The notes: generated by a model not told the origin, from the letters alone. DNA of 35,789 nucleotides from an uncultured Bacteriovoracaceae bacterium (GCA_964353605.1 CAYGXB010000001.1:3932-39720); one strand, 5' to 3'. Positions 1 through 8,357 are shown, numbered from the stretch's first letter. A program made the numbers and translations.

Positions 1-1107
1 ATGTTCATGCAGGACAGTAAGCACACGGGTCGCAGCCCGTATATCGGCGCCCAGACGAACAACGTGAAGTGGACGTTCATGACGACCGGCAAGTATGTAT
101 ACAGCAGCCCGACCATCGGGGCAAACGGTATGGTGTATGTAGGTGAATGGGGCGATCAGGGGGTGGGGTACACCTTCCCGAGTTATGTCTATGCCCTCGA
201 CAGTGATACCGGCGCTGAAATATGGTCTTTCTTGACACAAAACTGGATATGGGGCGCCCCTGCCATCGGGGCCGACGGCACGGTTTATGTGGCGAGCGAT
301 GATACCAACCTCTATGCGCTTGACGGGACGACAGGTGATCTGAAGTGGTCATTCGCGGCAGGCGATTCCATATGGGGCAGCCCGACCATAGGGGCAGACG
401 GCACAGTGTATTTTGGGAGCTGGGATGGTTATATATATGCTCTTGACGGGGCGACCGGCGACCCGAAGTGGTCCTATGATACTATGAGCCTTGTGATCTG
501 CAGCCCAGCTGTAGGTGCGGACGGCACAGTGTACGTAGGTGACATGAGCGGATATGTCACCGCCATTGATCCTGCAACCGGCGAGGATAAGTGGGTGTCG
601 CCATTGGGGCTGCCAGGCAGTGATCAGGTGTGGGGAAGCCCGTCCATCGGTGCTGACGGCACTGTTTATATAGGGGGATGGAATTCCGGCAAGCTCTTTG
701 CCCTTGATGGGGCGACCGGTGCAAAGAAATGGGAGTACAATACAGGCAGCGGCATATGGACCTGTCCGGCTATAGGGGCTGACGGCACGGTGTATGTGGG
801 AAGCTATTACAATGGCAAATTGACCGCCCTTAACGGGACAACCGGCGCCAAGGAGTGGGAATTCGCTGCAGCCGGCAGATATATGGTGAGCAGCCCGGCG
901 ATCGGGGCTGATGGCACTGTATATGTGGGAGAAATGGTTAACCCTCCGGGTACACCCAGCAAGGTCTATGCCCTTGATGGTGAAACCGGCGCAGTGAAGT
1001 GGGAGTATCTGGTAGGCGACAGGGTGGAGAGCAGCCCAGCCATCGGTGCGGACGGAACGGTCTATATCGGCAGCAAGGACGGCAACGTTTACGCCTTCGG
1101 GGATTGA
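1..1107 (+). CDS. PQQ-like (BamB-like) beta-propeller repeat protein, 5' end probably outside the window
   Basis: The ORF runs from base 1 to the TGA at 1105-1107. It has eight ~40-aa blades of the form SPxIGADGTVYVGS..G.LYALDG.TG..KW. No signal peptide or RBS is visible, so the true N-terminus is probably upstream. Confidence 0.8.
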   Translation: MFMQDSKHTGRSPYIGAQTNNVKWTFMTTGKYVYSSPTIGANGMVYVGEWGDQGVGYTFPSYVYALDSDTGAEIWSFLTQNWIWGAPAIGADGTVYVASDDTNLYALDGTTGDLKWSFAAGDSIWGSPTIGADGTVYFGSWDGYIYALDGATGDPKWSYDTMSLVICSPAVGADGTVYVGDMSGYVTAIDPATGEDKWVSPLGLPGSDQVWGSPSIGADGTVYIGGWNSGKLFALDGATGAKKWEYNTGSGIWTCPAIGADGTVYVGSYYNGKLTALNGTTGAKEWEFAAAGRYMVSSPAIGADGTVYVGEMVNPPGTPSKVYALDGETGAVKWEYLVGDRVESSPAIGADGTVYIGSKDGNVYAFGD

Positions 1108-1199
1108 TGCGCCTAAGCGCTGAAGTACATTGCAATAATCGCGGGCGCGCGGCCTTGCCAGGCGGCTCCTCTTAAAAGAGGTGGCACAGAGTGAAGGAA

Positions 1200-1231
1200 G
1201 GCTCCAGGGAAACCTGGGGCCTTTTCTTTTT
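1200..1231 (+). terminator. Rho-independent terminator after the propeller gene
   Basis: Stem-loop GGCTCCAGG-GAAA-CCTGGGGCC (one G-U pair) followed directly by TTTTCTTTTT. Confidence 0.6.
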
Positions 1232-1445
1232 CGCCATACGCAGCATGGCACCCTCCATCATGAAGTGGTTTGAGCAATCGGTGCGCAATGGTGGTCTCAA
1301 TGGTGACATGCCCAAGTCTTTGAACAAGCGAGCATGCTGAAGGTAGTGAAGAATCTCTCTTTAATGGTCTATGGAGTCTGGCCTTTGCGCAAAGGCCGTT
1401 CTTGCCGGCATGCTCTGCGACCGGCTGCGGTTTCTGGAATAGGCA

Positions 1446-1913
1446 TTATGTGTTTGCAAGACCGAGCTCCATGATGGTGACCTTCTCACCCAGGTATGCA
1501 TCATTGCAGATTTTCTGCCAGCCGAGGCGGGCATAGAATGATTCCCGATCAAAGGTGAAGAGGTACAGGGTCTCAACGCTCAAGATACGGGCCTCCTTTA
1601 TGATCTGCCGGACCAGGGCGGAGCCAATGCCCTGGTTGCGATACTCTTGGGCGACATAGACGCTCGCCAGCCATGGCGTGAGTTCCCTGTGGGTCTCCAT
1701 GTCGTGTTTCACGAGGCTGGCGGTGCCTGCAAGGCTATCTTCATGGAAGGCCACGATCGTGGTGGGTATCCCGCCGCGGGTGGCGCCTTTCTTGAGCTTC
1801 TCCATGCGCTGCCCCAAGGTTTTTTCGGGATTCATATAACCCCATTGCGCATGGATCCATTGCGCGACTATCGGTACATGCGTCAGGTGATCTGCGAGAT
1901 ATCCGATGTGCAT
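1446..1913 (-). CDS. GNAT family N-acetyltransferase
   Basis: Acetyl-CoA binding motif A (VYVAQEYRNQGIGSALV). The ATG at 1913 (MHIGYL...) has GGGAGG 5 nt upstream, so I prefer it over the longer track start at 1955. Confidence 0.8.
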   Translation of the reverse strand: MHIGYLADHLTHVPIVAQWIHAQWGYMNPEKTLGQRMEKLKKGATRGGIPTTIVAFHEDSLAGTASLVKHDMETHRELTPWLASVYVAQEYRNQGIGSALVRQIIKEARILSVETLYLFTFDRESFYARLGWQKICNDAYLGEKVTIMELGLANT

Positions 1914-2075
1914 TTTTCCTCCCAAGCGATCTTGATTCAAGATTATTATGATCATTGATACCTATGAAAGTCAAGGGAGGCTGAGGTCGCTCAAGCCCGA
2001 GAAAAAAGGACTTTGCGACCAGGGGACGAGGGGGAGAAATGCAGGGGCGGCCGGCCGGTCGCCCCTGTGGTCGGA

Positions 2076-2834
2076 TCATATCTCATGTATGCAGACGAGT
2101 CTCTTCGCCGCTATGCGGGTCTCGTCCGGGTATCCGAAGGCGTTGTTGAGGTAGAGGATGCCGTCCTTTTTTACCTGCATATTGACGTGGCTATGCCCGT
2201 AGACATGGATGCGGGAAGTAAGTCTGCGGATCTGGCCCTCGAGGAGGTTTGTTCCGAGCACGGGATAGACAACCCGCTTGCTAACAGGGATGATGGAGGG
2301 CATGAGATCGATGCGCGGGAGGAAGTGGGAGAAAGAGATGACGGTGTGATTTTCGACACGGAGATGTTTCTCGTTCAGGTTGACGAAAAGCCGGGTGATT
2401 GCCGCTTCGTCGAGGTTGTCCGGCCATGTGCAGGCGATGAAGTCCACCCAGAGGTGCTTGAGTTCGCGTACCGGCTGGCCAAAGGAATAGTCGTACCATC
2501 CGAGGAGGGGGACGATCGAGAGCTTTCCGCATTGCAGCGGATCGGTTGAGATGCCGTAGTCAATAGCGATCTGTGCGAGTCGGTAAAACTGGTCGAGGGA
2601 ATCTTTCCCGTTGTTGCGGTGCACCCAGAGGTCGTGATTGCCGGGGACGAACAGGACCTTCCGGAAGCGTTTTGTGAGCAGCTCGAAGGCCTCGAGCAGG
2701 AGGGGGAAGATGTCGGTGACGTCGCCGGCGAGGATGAGGACATCGTCGGTATACTCTGCCTTTGAGAGGCCATGGAGCCAGCGTCTGTTCTCTTCATAAT
2801 CGATGTGGATATCCGAGACGGCAAAGACCCTCAA
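2076..2834 (-). CDS. Calcineurin-like metallophosphoesterase
   Basis: Motifs in canonical order: SDIHID, LAGDVTD, GNHDLW, GHSH. The start is TTG at 2834, 21 nt after the glgX stop, with GCGAGG upstream. It is probably co-transcribed with glgX. Confidence 0.8.
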   Translation of the reverse strand: MRVFAVSDIHIDYEENRRWLHGLSKAEYTDDVLILAGDVTDIFPLLLEAFELLTKRFRKVLFVPGNHDLWVHRNNGKDSLDQFYRLAQIAIDYGISTDPLQCGKLSIVPLLGWYDYSFGQPVRELKHLWVDFIACTWPDNLDEAAITRLFVNLNEKHLRVENHTVISFSHFLPRIDLMPSIIPVSKRVVYPVLGTNLLEGQIRRLTSRIHVYGHSHVNMQVKKDGILYLNNAFGYPDETRIAAKRLVCIHEI

Positions 2835-2855
2835 GTTGCCTCGCTTTCAGCGCTA

Positions 2856-4916
2856 TTATGGTCTTACCATGAGCACCACGGCCGAGCGGGGGATGAGGCG
2901 ATAGCTTGCGGCCTCGAGAGCCGGCGCCGTAGCCGGTTCGCAATAGTCATCCGGAGAGGCGAGGGTGGTATCCACGATCCTGTGCCAGCTTTGGGTTGGC
3001 TCGAGGCGGGGCAGCTCGAAGGCAAGGCTGTCCGAATAGGCATTGAGCATGATATGGAAGCGCTCATGGTAGGCAGGGTGCCGGAGGGTGAAGGCCAGCG
3101 AGTGGGAGAATTGCGCCCAGTCCGGCTTATCTAGCTTGATGCCATGCCAGGCGATGCCCGGCTTATCCATCGCATTGGTGCTCAGTATATGCTGTTCACG
3201 GAAGATTTCATAGGACTGGATGAATCTGATAAGCCCATGGGTGAAGCGAAAGAGATCTTGGTTGCGCTCGATGAGATCCCAGTCGAACCAGCTGATCTCG
3301 TTGTCCTGGCAGTAGGCGTTATTGTTGCCCATCTGGGTGCGTCTGACTTCGTCACCCATGATGAGCATGGGGGTTCCCTGGGAGAGGAGGAGGATGGTGA
3401 GGAAATTCTTGATCTGCCGGAGGCGCAAGGCCTCGATGGCCTTATCAGCGGTCGGTCCTTCGACCCCGCAGTTCCCGCTGTAGTTTTCGTCCGAGCCGTC
3501 GCCGTTGTTCTGGAGGTTGGCCGCGTTGTGCTTGTTCTTGTAGGTGACGAGGTCGTTTAAGGTGAAGCCGTCATGGCAGGTGACGAAGTTGATGCTCCGA
3601 TTCGGCTCGCGGTCGGGCTGGGGGTAGATGTCTGGGCTGGCCATGATGCGGGCGGCGAGCCTCTGGACCGTGCCATTGTCCCCGCGCACGAAGCGGCGGA
3701 CATCGTCCCGGAAAAGGCCGTTCCATTCGGCGAAGCGGTCGCCGATGAAGCTCCCCACCTGAAAGAGCCCGGCGGCATCCCAGGCCTCGGCAATCACCTT
3801 TGTTCCGGCAAGGATAGGGTCGGATTCGATCGACCAGAGAATGGGAGGGCTTTCGAGGGGCTGGCCCATTTCGCCACGCGCCAGGACGGAGGCGAGGTCA
3901 AAGCGGAATCCATCCACGTGCATCTCCGTCACCCAGGAGCTGAGGCAGTCGGTGGTCATGCGGCGCACGATGGAGAAGTTCGCATTCAACGTATTGCCGC
4001 AGCCCGTATAATTCGTATACCGGGACTTGTCCGGCGCGAGGATATAGTACGCGGGGTTCTCGAAACCGCGGAAGGAGAGGGTGGGGCCAAACTCATCCCC
4101 TTCTGCGGTATGATTGAAGACCACGTCAAGGATCACCTCGATCCCGGACCGGTGCAGTGCCTTGACCATGTCGCGGAACTCGTCGAGGGGGCCGAGGAGC
4201 GACCGGTCTGAGCTGTATGCGTCATGGGGGGCGAAGAAGGCTATGGGGCTGTACCCCCAGTAGTTCTTGAGCGGCCGGGGTGCGTCCTGCGCATCGAACT
4301 GTTGGACGGGGAGGAGTTCGACGGCGGTGATGCCCAGCACCTTGAGATAGGGGATCTTCTCGATGAGGCCTGCATAGGTGCCGCGTTTTTCCGGAGCGAT
4401 GCCTGAGTTGGGATGGTGGGTGAAGCCTCCCACGTGGAGTTCGTAGATCACGGATTGTGCGTGGGGAATGCGCAGCGGCCGGTCGCCTTCCCAGTCATAA
4501 TGACTGGTATCGGCGACTACGCTCTTCAGGCAGGAGGCGATATTGTCGCCCGGTTTGCGGGCCGCTTCCCGGTCGTAATTCCGCGTATCGAGGGCGCGTG
4601 CATACGGATCCGCAAGGACCTTGTCGCCGTCGTACCGGTAGCCGCGTGCAGGATCGTACGGGCCGTGTACGCGATAGCCATAGATCTGGCCGGAGCCGAT
4701 GCCCGGTACAAAGCAATGCCAGTAGTAGAACGTCCGGTTCGCCTGCGGATCGAGCGCTATAACGCGCGGCCGTTTGTCATCAGGGTCGTCAAAGAGGAGA
4801 AGTTCCACGCTCTGGCAGCTCTTCGAAAAGAGGCAGAAATTGACCCCATCCGGGTAGACGGTGGCCCCGATGGGGAAGCTCTGACCGGGGAGAATATCAA
4901 TCGTTTTTCCATTCAC
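2856..4916 (-). CDS. glgX: Glycogen debranching enzyme (isoamylase-type, GH13)
   Basis: 686 aa. The N-terminus is GlgX-like (PIGATVYPDGVNFCLFSKSCQSVELLLFDD). GH13 catalytic regions are present (VILDVVFNHT, GFRFDLAS, AEAWD, FVTCHDGFTL). The start codon is GTG and its RBS is weak, so the exact start is uncertain. Confidence 0.9.
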   Translation of the reverse strand: MNGKTIDILPGQSFPIGATVYPDGVNFCLFSKSCQSVELLLFDDPDDKRPRVIALDPQANRTFYYWHCFVPGIGSGQIYGYRVHGPYDPARGYRYDGDKVLADPYARALDTRNYDREAARKPGDNIASCLKSVVADTSHYDWEGDRPLRIPHAQSVIYELHVGGFTHHPNSGIAPEKRGTYAGLIEKIPYLKVLGITAVELLPVQQFDAQDAPRPLKNYWGYSPIAFFAPHDAYSSDRSLLGPLDEFRDMVKALHRSGIEVILDVVFNHTAEGDEFGPTLSFRGFENPAYYILAPDKSRYTNYTGCGNTLNANFSIVRRMTTDCLSSWVTEMHVDGFRFDLASVLARGEMGQPLESPPILWSIESDPILAGTKVIAEAWDAAGLFQVGSFIGDRFAEWNGLFRDDVRRFVRGDNGTVQRLAARIMASPDIYPQPDREPNRSINFVTCHDGFTLNDLVTYKNKHNAANLQNNGDGSDENYSGNCGVEGPTADKAIEALRLRQIKNFLTILLLSQGTPMLIMGDEVRRTQMGNNNAYCQDNEISWFDWDLIERNQDLFRFTHGLIRFIQSYEIFREQHILSTNAMDKPGIAWHGIKLDKPDWAQFSHSLAFTLRHPAYHERFHIMLNAYSDSLAFELPRLEPTQSWHRIVDTTLASPDDYCEPATAPALEAASYRLIPRSAVVLMVRP

Positions 4917-5009
4917 CTAAAAGACCCCATACCATCTCATACCGAATTATGATCTTCTAATCAAGAGGGGATAGTTGAAGTCAAAATCGGTTCCTGAGTC
5001 CAGCGTGGA

Positions 5010-5043
5010 GATAAACGCAAACCCCTCATCCCTCCGACTATTC
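5010..5043 (-). terminator. Probable terminator of the nitroreductase gene
   Basis: 10-bp perfect stem AACCCCTCAT/ATGAGGGGTT with a 14-nt loop. On the minus strand it is followed by a moderately T-rich tract (TGCGTTTAT). Confidence 0.4.
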
Positions 5044-5121
5044 ATGAGGGGTTGGAAATCTGCGGTTCAGGCTGAGGCCATGCGATCGGGATCGGCGACA
5101 ATCTCCTGCATGGCAACCTGC

Positions 5122-5631
5122 CTACCACGCATTGGTATGGATGCGTTCCGGTTTGAACCTGTCCTGCGGAGAAGGGTGCTCGGCCGGATAGCCAAGGACG
5201 ATGAGAGAATGAGGGATGATGTGTTGAGGCAGACCGAGGAGGCGCTTGAACCCTGCTACCCGCTCGTCGACAGGGTAGATGCCGGTCCAGACAGCTCCGA
5301 GCCCGGATGCATGCGCGGCAAGGAGCATGTTCTCTGTAGCGGCCGAGCAATCGATCACCCAGAACCCGGGATGCAGCTCGCGGCTCACATTTGCGCACAC
5401 GAGGATGGCGGCAGGGGCAGTCTGTGCCATGGAGGCGTGCGGGTTGATCTGCGGAATCTTTTTCAGGAGCCGCTCATCGCTGAGCACGATAAACTCCCAT
5501 GGCTGCTGGTTCCCCGCGCTCGGCGCCGCCATGCCAGCGGCGATGACTTTCTGTATGAGCTCGTCCGGAACAGGCTTTTTCTCGAAACGCCTGATACTCC
5601 TGCGCAAGTGGATCGCCTCGAATACGTCCAT
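5122..5631 (-). CDS. Nitroreductase family protein
   Basis: MDVFEAIHLRRSIRRFEKKPVP...APSAGNQQPWEFIVL is a classic nitroreductase N-terminus. The ATG at 5631 has AAGGAGGG 4 nt upstream. Confidence 0.85.
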   Translation of the reverse strand: MDVFEAIHLRRSIRRFEKKPVPDELIQKVIAAGMAAPSAGNQQPWEFIVLSDERLLKKIPQINPHASMAQTAPAAILVCANVSRELHPGFWVIDCSAATENMLLAAHASGLGAVWTGIYPVDERVAGFKRLLGLPQHIIPHSLIVLGYPAEHPSPQDRFKPERIHTNAW

Positions 5632-5683
5632 ATTCCCTCCTTGGCAAGGATGCATTGCATTGCGTGCCTCTATCTTGTCTTGC

Positions 5684-6049
5684 TTATCCCTTTATGCCGT
5701 GTGCCAAAAATATGCTGATTTGCGCAGAGATATCACCGCAACCCGACTGCGCACAGCAATTGGCGCCGGCGCAGTCCACGCTCACCTGCCTTAAGTCCGC
5801 CGCCAGGCACCACTGCCTGATATCGTCGCGCTTAAAGCCCATCCAGCAGTCGTGATGCTCGGTTGTCAGGAAAACGAAGCAATGCTCATCGAGGTCGGTG
5901 ATAATCAGCTTTCCACCTGGTTTCTGTATCCGCGCCATTTCCCTGATCGCCTTGCCGGGATGCTCCACATGGTGGAGGAACATGTTCGCGAAGGCATAAT
6001 CCACGGAGGCATCGGGAAGCGGCAGGCTTTGGGCATCCCCGCTGCTCAT
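5684..6049 (-). pseudogene. N-terminally truncated class I SAM-dependent methyltransferase (C-terminal half only) with a Cys-rich tail
   Basis: It retains the post-motif-I region (GDAQSLPLPDASVDYAFANMFLHHVEHPGKAIREMARIQKPGGKLIITD). The Gly-rich SAM-binding motif I (xLDxGxGxG) is missing, and only ~40 nt separate it from the PhzF stop. The tail is VDCAGANCCAQSGCGD. ATG 6049 with GGAG 9 nt upstream could still express a 121-aa fragment. Confidence 0.5.
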
Positions 6050-6089
6050 GGGGTATACTCCATTTACAAAGACGGTAAAAATCCCTTCC

Positions 6090-6878
6090 TTAAACAAGCA
6101 ATTCACCCTTGAAGATCGTGACCGTCTGGCCGCTGATATACACCCGGTCGTGCCCCACGCGTACGCGCAGCACCCCGCCGCGTGCCGAGGCCTGGTAGGC
6201 GATGAGTTCGTGTTTGCAGAGCTTTGCACTCCAGTACGGCCCCAGGGTGCAGTGAGCGGAGCCGGTCACCGGGTCCTCATCGATGCCGACGCTGGGGGCG
6301 AAATAGCGGGAGACGAAATCGAACCCGGCGGTGCTCGCCCTGCTCGTAACAATGACACCCTGCACCGGCAGCTTTTTGAGGAGGGCAAAATCGGGCTGCA
6401 TCTGCCGCACGGTCTCCTCGTTGTCCACTTCGAGGAGATAATTCGTCCTGGTCTTGCAGATGGACAGGGGCTTGATCCCCAGGGCGTCGAATACGGGCAG
6501 GATGCCTACCTCCTCTCCCGGTTCGGCAGGGAAGTCGAGCTCGATCCAGTTTCCCTCGCGTCGCGCCGTCAGGAGACCGCTCAAGGTATGGAAGCAGGCC
6601 TTCTGTTCCGGATTCACGATCCCCGTCTCCCAGAGGATGTGGGCGCTGGCGAGCGTAGCGTGTCCGCACAGGTCAACTTCCGCCACGGGTGTAAACCAGC
6701 GCAAACTGAACCCGTAGTCTTCCTGCACAAGGAAGGCCGTCTCGGAGAGGTTCATCTCCCTGGCCACGTGCTGCATCCATCCCGCATCCTTTGCCCCAGG
6801 CAATAGACAAACCGCGGCCGGATTCCCGAGGAACGGGGCGTGAGCGAATGCGTCTACTTGATAGATCGGTATCCCCAT
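6090..6878 (-). CDS. PhzF family isomerase/epimerase-like protein
   Basis: MGIPIYQVDAFAHAPFLGNPAAVCLL...NLSETAFLV...DLCGHATLA...TGSAHCTLGPYW are PhzF-family hallmarks. The ATG at 6878 has GAGGAGGAA upstream. Confidence 0.85.
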   Translation of the reverse strand: MGIPIYQVDAFAHAPFLGNPAAVCLLPGAKDAGWMQHVAREMNLSETAFLVQEDYGFSLRWFTPVAEVDLCGHATLASAHILWETGIVNPEQKACFHTLSGLLTARREGNWIELDFPAEPGEEVGILPVFDALGIKPLSICKTRTNYLLEVDNEETVRQMQPDFALLKKLPVQGVIVTSRASTAGFDFVSRYFAPSVGIDEDPVTGSAHCTLGPYWSAKLCKHELIAYQASARGGVLRVRVGHDRVYISGQTVTIFKGELLV

Positions 6879-7017
6879 GGCGTTCCTCCTCACCAGTGTT
6901 TCTCGCCACCGAGCTCTGCATCCGGCGGTCATGTCGAAGTGCGACACGTGTCTTTGCGCCCCAACCTGACCGGCGGATACTTGACCCCGTTGTAATCAAG
7001 GGGTGGTGGTTTTCAAA

Positions 7018-7032
7018 CCGGCGACCTGCCGG
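7018..7032 (-). promoter_or_regulatory. SECIS-like hairpin for the second UGA (lies 3' of the final stop)
   Basis: The mRNA reads CCGGC-AGGUC-GCCGG: a 5-bp stem with the same AGGUC loop. It starts 12 nt after the UGA at 7045-7047. Confidence 0.45.
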
Positions 7033-7035
7033 TGG

Positions 7036-7251
7036 TCATACCCCTCAGGAGCCGCCGTAGCCGAGGGTGACCTTGTCCCCGTCGACGATGACAGGGACCT
7101 TTCTTGCCCCGCCGGTGAGCTTGAGCATCTCCGCGAGCTTCGCGGTGTCCTTCTTCACATCGAAGTACGCCGCCTGTTCTCCATAGGCCGACCTGGCCTG
7201 ATCTGTATAGGGTCAACCCGCCTTGCCGTAGATCAATACCTTCTTTTCCAT
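7036..7251 (-). CDS. Glutaredoxin-fold selenoprotein with a U-P-Y-T active site and a possible second Sec in a C-terminal U-G-V-stop
   Basis: Hand translation from ATG 7251 (GGGGG RBS, 16 nt after the arsM stop): MEKKVLIYGKAG-U(TGA 7213-7215)-PYTDQARSAYGEQAAYFDVKKDTAKLAEMLKLTGGARKVPVIVDGDKVTLGYGGS-U(TGA 7045-7047)-GV-stop(TGA 7036-7038). Grx-like sequence continues in frame after the first TGA. A SECIS-like hairpin follows each TGA. If the second TGA is simply the stop, the CDS ends at 7045. Confidence 0.7.
7185..7199 (-). promoter_or_regulatory. SECIS-like hairpin for the first UGA
   Basis: The mRNA reads AGGCC-AGGUC-GGCCU: a 5-bp stem with a 5-nt loop containing GGU. It starts 13 nt after the UGA. 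Confidence 0.55.
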
Positions 7252-7267
7252 GCGAACCCCCTATCGG

Positions 7268-8095
7268 TTATGGTTTCGTGGCATATACTTTAATGCTGGC
7301 AATCGAACGTGCAAGATCTTGCGCCTTTTCCTCCGTCAAATGGAGGTTTTCCGCGATCGCCATCGCCGTGGGATCGTTCGCGAGGAATTCGAGGGGAAAG
7401 GTGGTCTCTTCCAGGATCGTTACCCCCTGAAAGCCGGCTGCCTGAATGGTCTGGATATATGTATCTTTCTTGACCGCCCCCGCAATGCAGCCCACGTATG
7501 CCTCGATCGAGCCTTGAATCTCGTGCGGGAGGGCCGTCAGGAGCACGATATCCGACACCATGAGCCTGCCGCCGGGTTTGAGCACCCGGAAGGCCTCTAG
7601 AAATACCCGCGTCTTGTCGGGCGAGAGATTGATGACGCAGTTCGAGATCACAATATCGGCTTGATTGTCCGCCACGGGCAGGTTCTCGATCTCCCCGAGC
7701 CTGAACTCGACATTGCTGTAGCCGCCTTTCCGCGCATTCTCCCGCGCACGGTCAATCATCTCAGGGGTCATATCCACCCCGATCACTCTCCCGCCACCTC
7801 CCACCTTGCCAGCAGCGAGGAAGCAATCGAAACCGGCACCCGCGCCGAGGTCGACGACGGTCTCCCCCTCCTTCAGTGAGGCAAGGGCAACCGGGTTCCC
7901 GCAGCCGAGCCCCAGGTTGGCACCCTCCGGCACGGCGCGTATGTCCTCATCGCTATATCCGATCCGACGGCTGATTTCCCGGGCGACACTGCCCGAACCA
8001 CAGCATGCCGGAGCGCCTGCGCAGCATGTGCCGCCCTGCTCGGCGATGCGTGCATAGCCGTCTCTGACGGACTTCTTGATCTCTTCCTGCTCCAT
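7268..8095 (-). CDS. arsM: Arsenite S-adenosylmethionine methyltransferase
   Basis: SAM motif I VVDLGAGAGFD. ArsM-specific Cys motifs are present: N-terminal CC pairs (GGTCCAGAPACCGSGS), LGLGCGNP, VISNCVINL, YVGCIAGA. ATG 8095 lies 4 nt after the upstream stop, with GAGAGG upstream. Confidence 0.9.
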   Translation of the reverse strand: MEQEEIKKSVRDGYARIAEQGGTCCAGAPACCGSGSVAREISRRIGYSDEDIRAVPEGANLGLGCGNPVALASLKEGETVVDLGAGAGFDCFLAAGKVGGGGRVIGVDMTPEMIDRARENARKGGYSNVEFRLGEIENLPVADNQADIVISNCVINLSPDKTRVFLEAFRVLKPGGRLMVSDIVLLTALPHEIQGSIEAYVGCIAGAVKKDTYIQTIQAAGFQGVTILEETTFPLEFLANDPTAMAIAENLHLTEEKAQDLARSIASIKVYATKP

Positions 8096-8099
8096 GTCT

Positions 8100-8357
8100 T
8101 TACCTCTCACTGGATGTGCTGCCCTTGCGCCGGGACATCATCTCGCAGCAGGCGGAGAAGAACTTCTGCATGTCCTCCTGCTTCAGCGTGCCCATATCGA
8201 AGCACCCGGCGCAGCCAGCATCCTTGGATGATCCCCGGTGCTCAAACATCTTTTCGCAACAGGCCTTGAAGAACTCATCCGTCTTTCCGGACTGCGAGGC
8301 GTGCATCTTCTCAAACATACTGCCGAACATCTTCATCATCTTCTCCCTGTGCATCAT
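8100..8357 (-). CDS. Small Met/Cys-rich cytoplasmic protein of unknown function (duplicated FFxACCExM motif plus CAGC)
   Basis: 85 aa from ATGATG at 8357/8354, preceded by AAAGGAGGG. It has no signal peptide. It contains EFFKACCEKMF and KFFSACCEMMS plus a central CAGC. It sits tightly between the AbrB-like gene and arsM. I recognise no family. Confidence 0.6.
   Translation of the reverse strand: MMHREKMMKMFGSMFEKMHASQSGKTDEFFKACCEKMFEHRGSSKDAGCAGCFDMGTLKQEDMQKFFSACCEMMSRRKGSTSSER

Noticed and set aside
349-1251. 300-aa minus-strand ORF
   Set aside because: It lies antisense to the well-supported propeller gene. The sequence is Arg/Pro/Ala/Cys-rich with no motifs, which is typical of a shadow ORF in GC-rich DNA.
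3144-6806. Plus-strand ORFs 3144-3560, 3573-4211, 4413-4952, 4975-5718, 5279-5794 and 6048-6806
   Set aside because: They lie antisense to glgX, the nitroreductase gene, the methyltransferase fragment and PhzF. Several start with TTG or GTG and lack an RBS.
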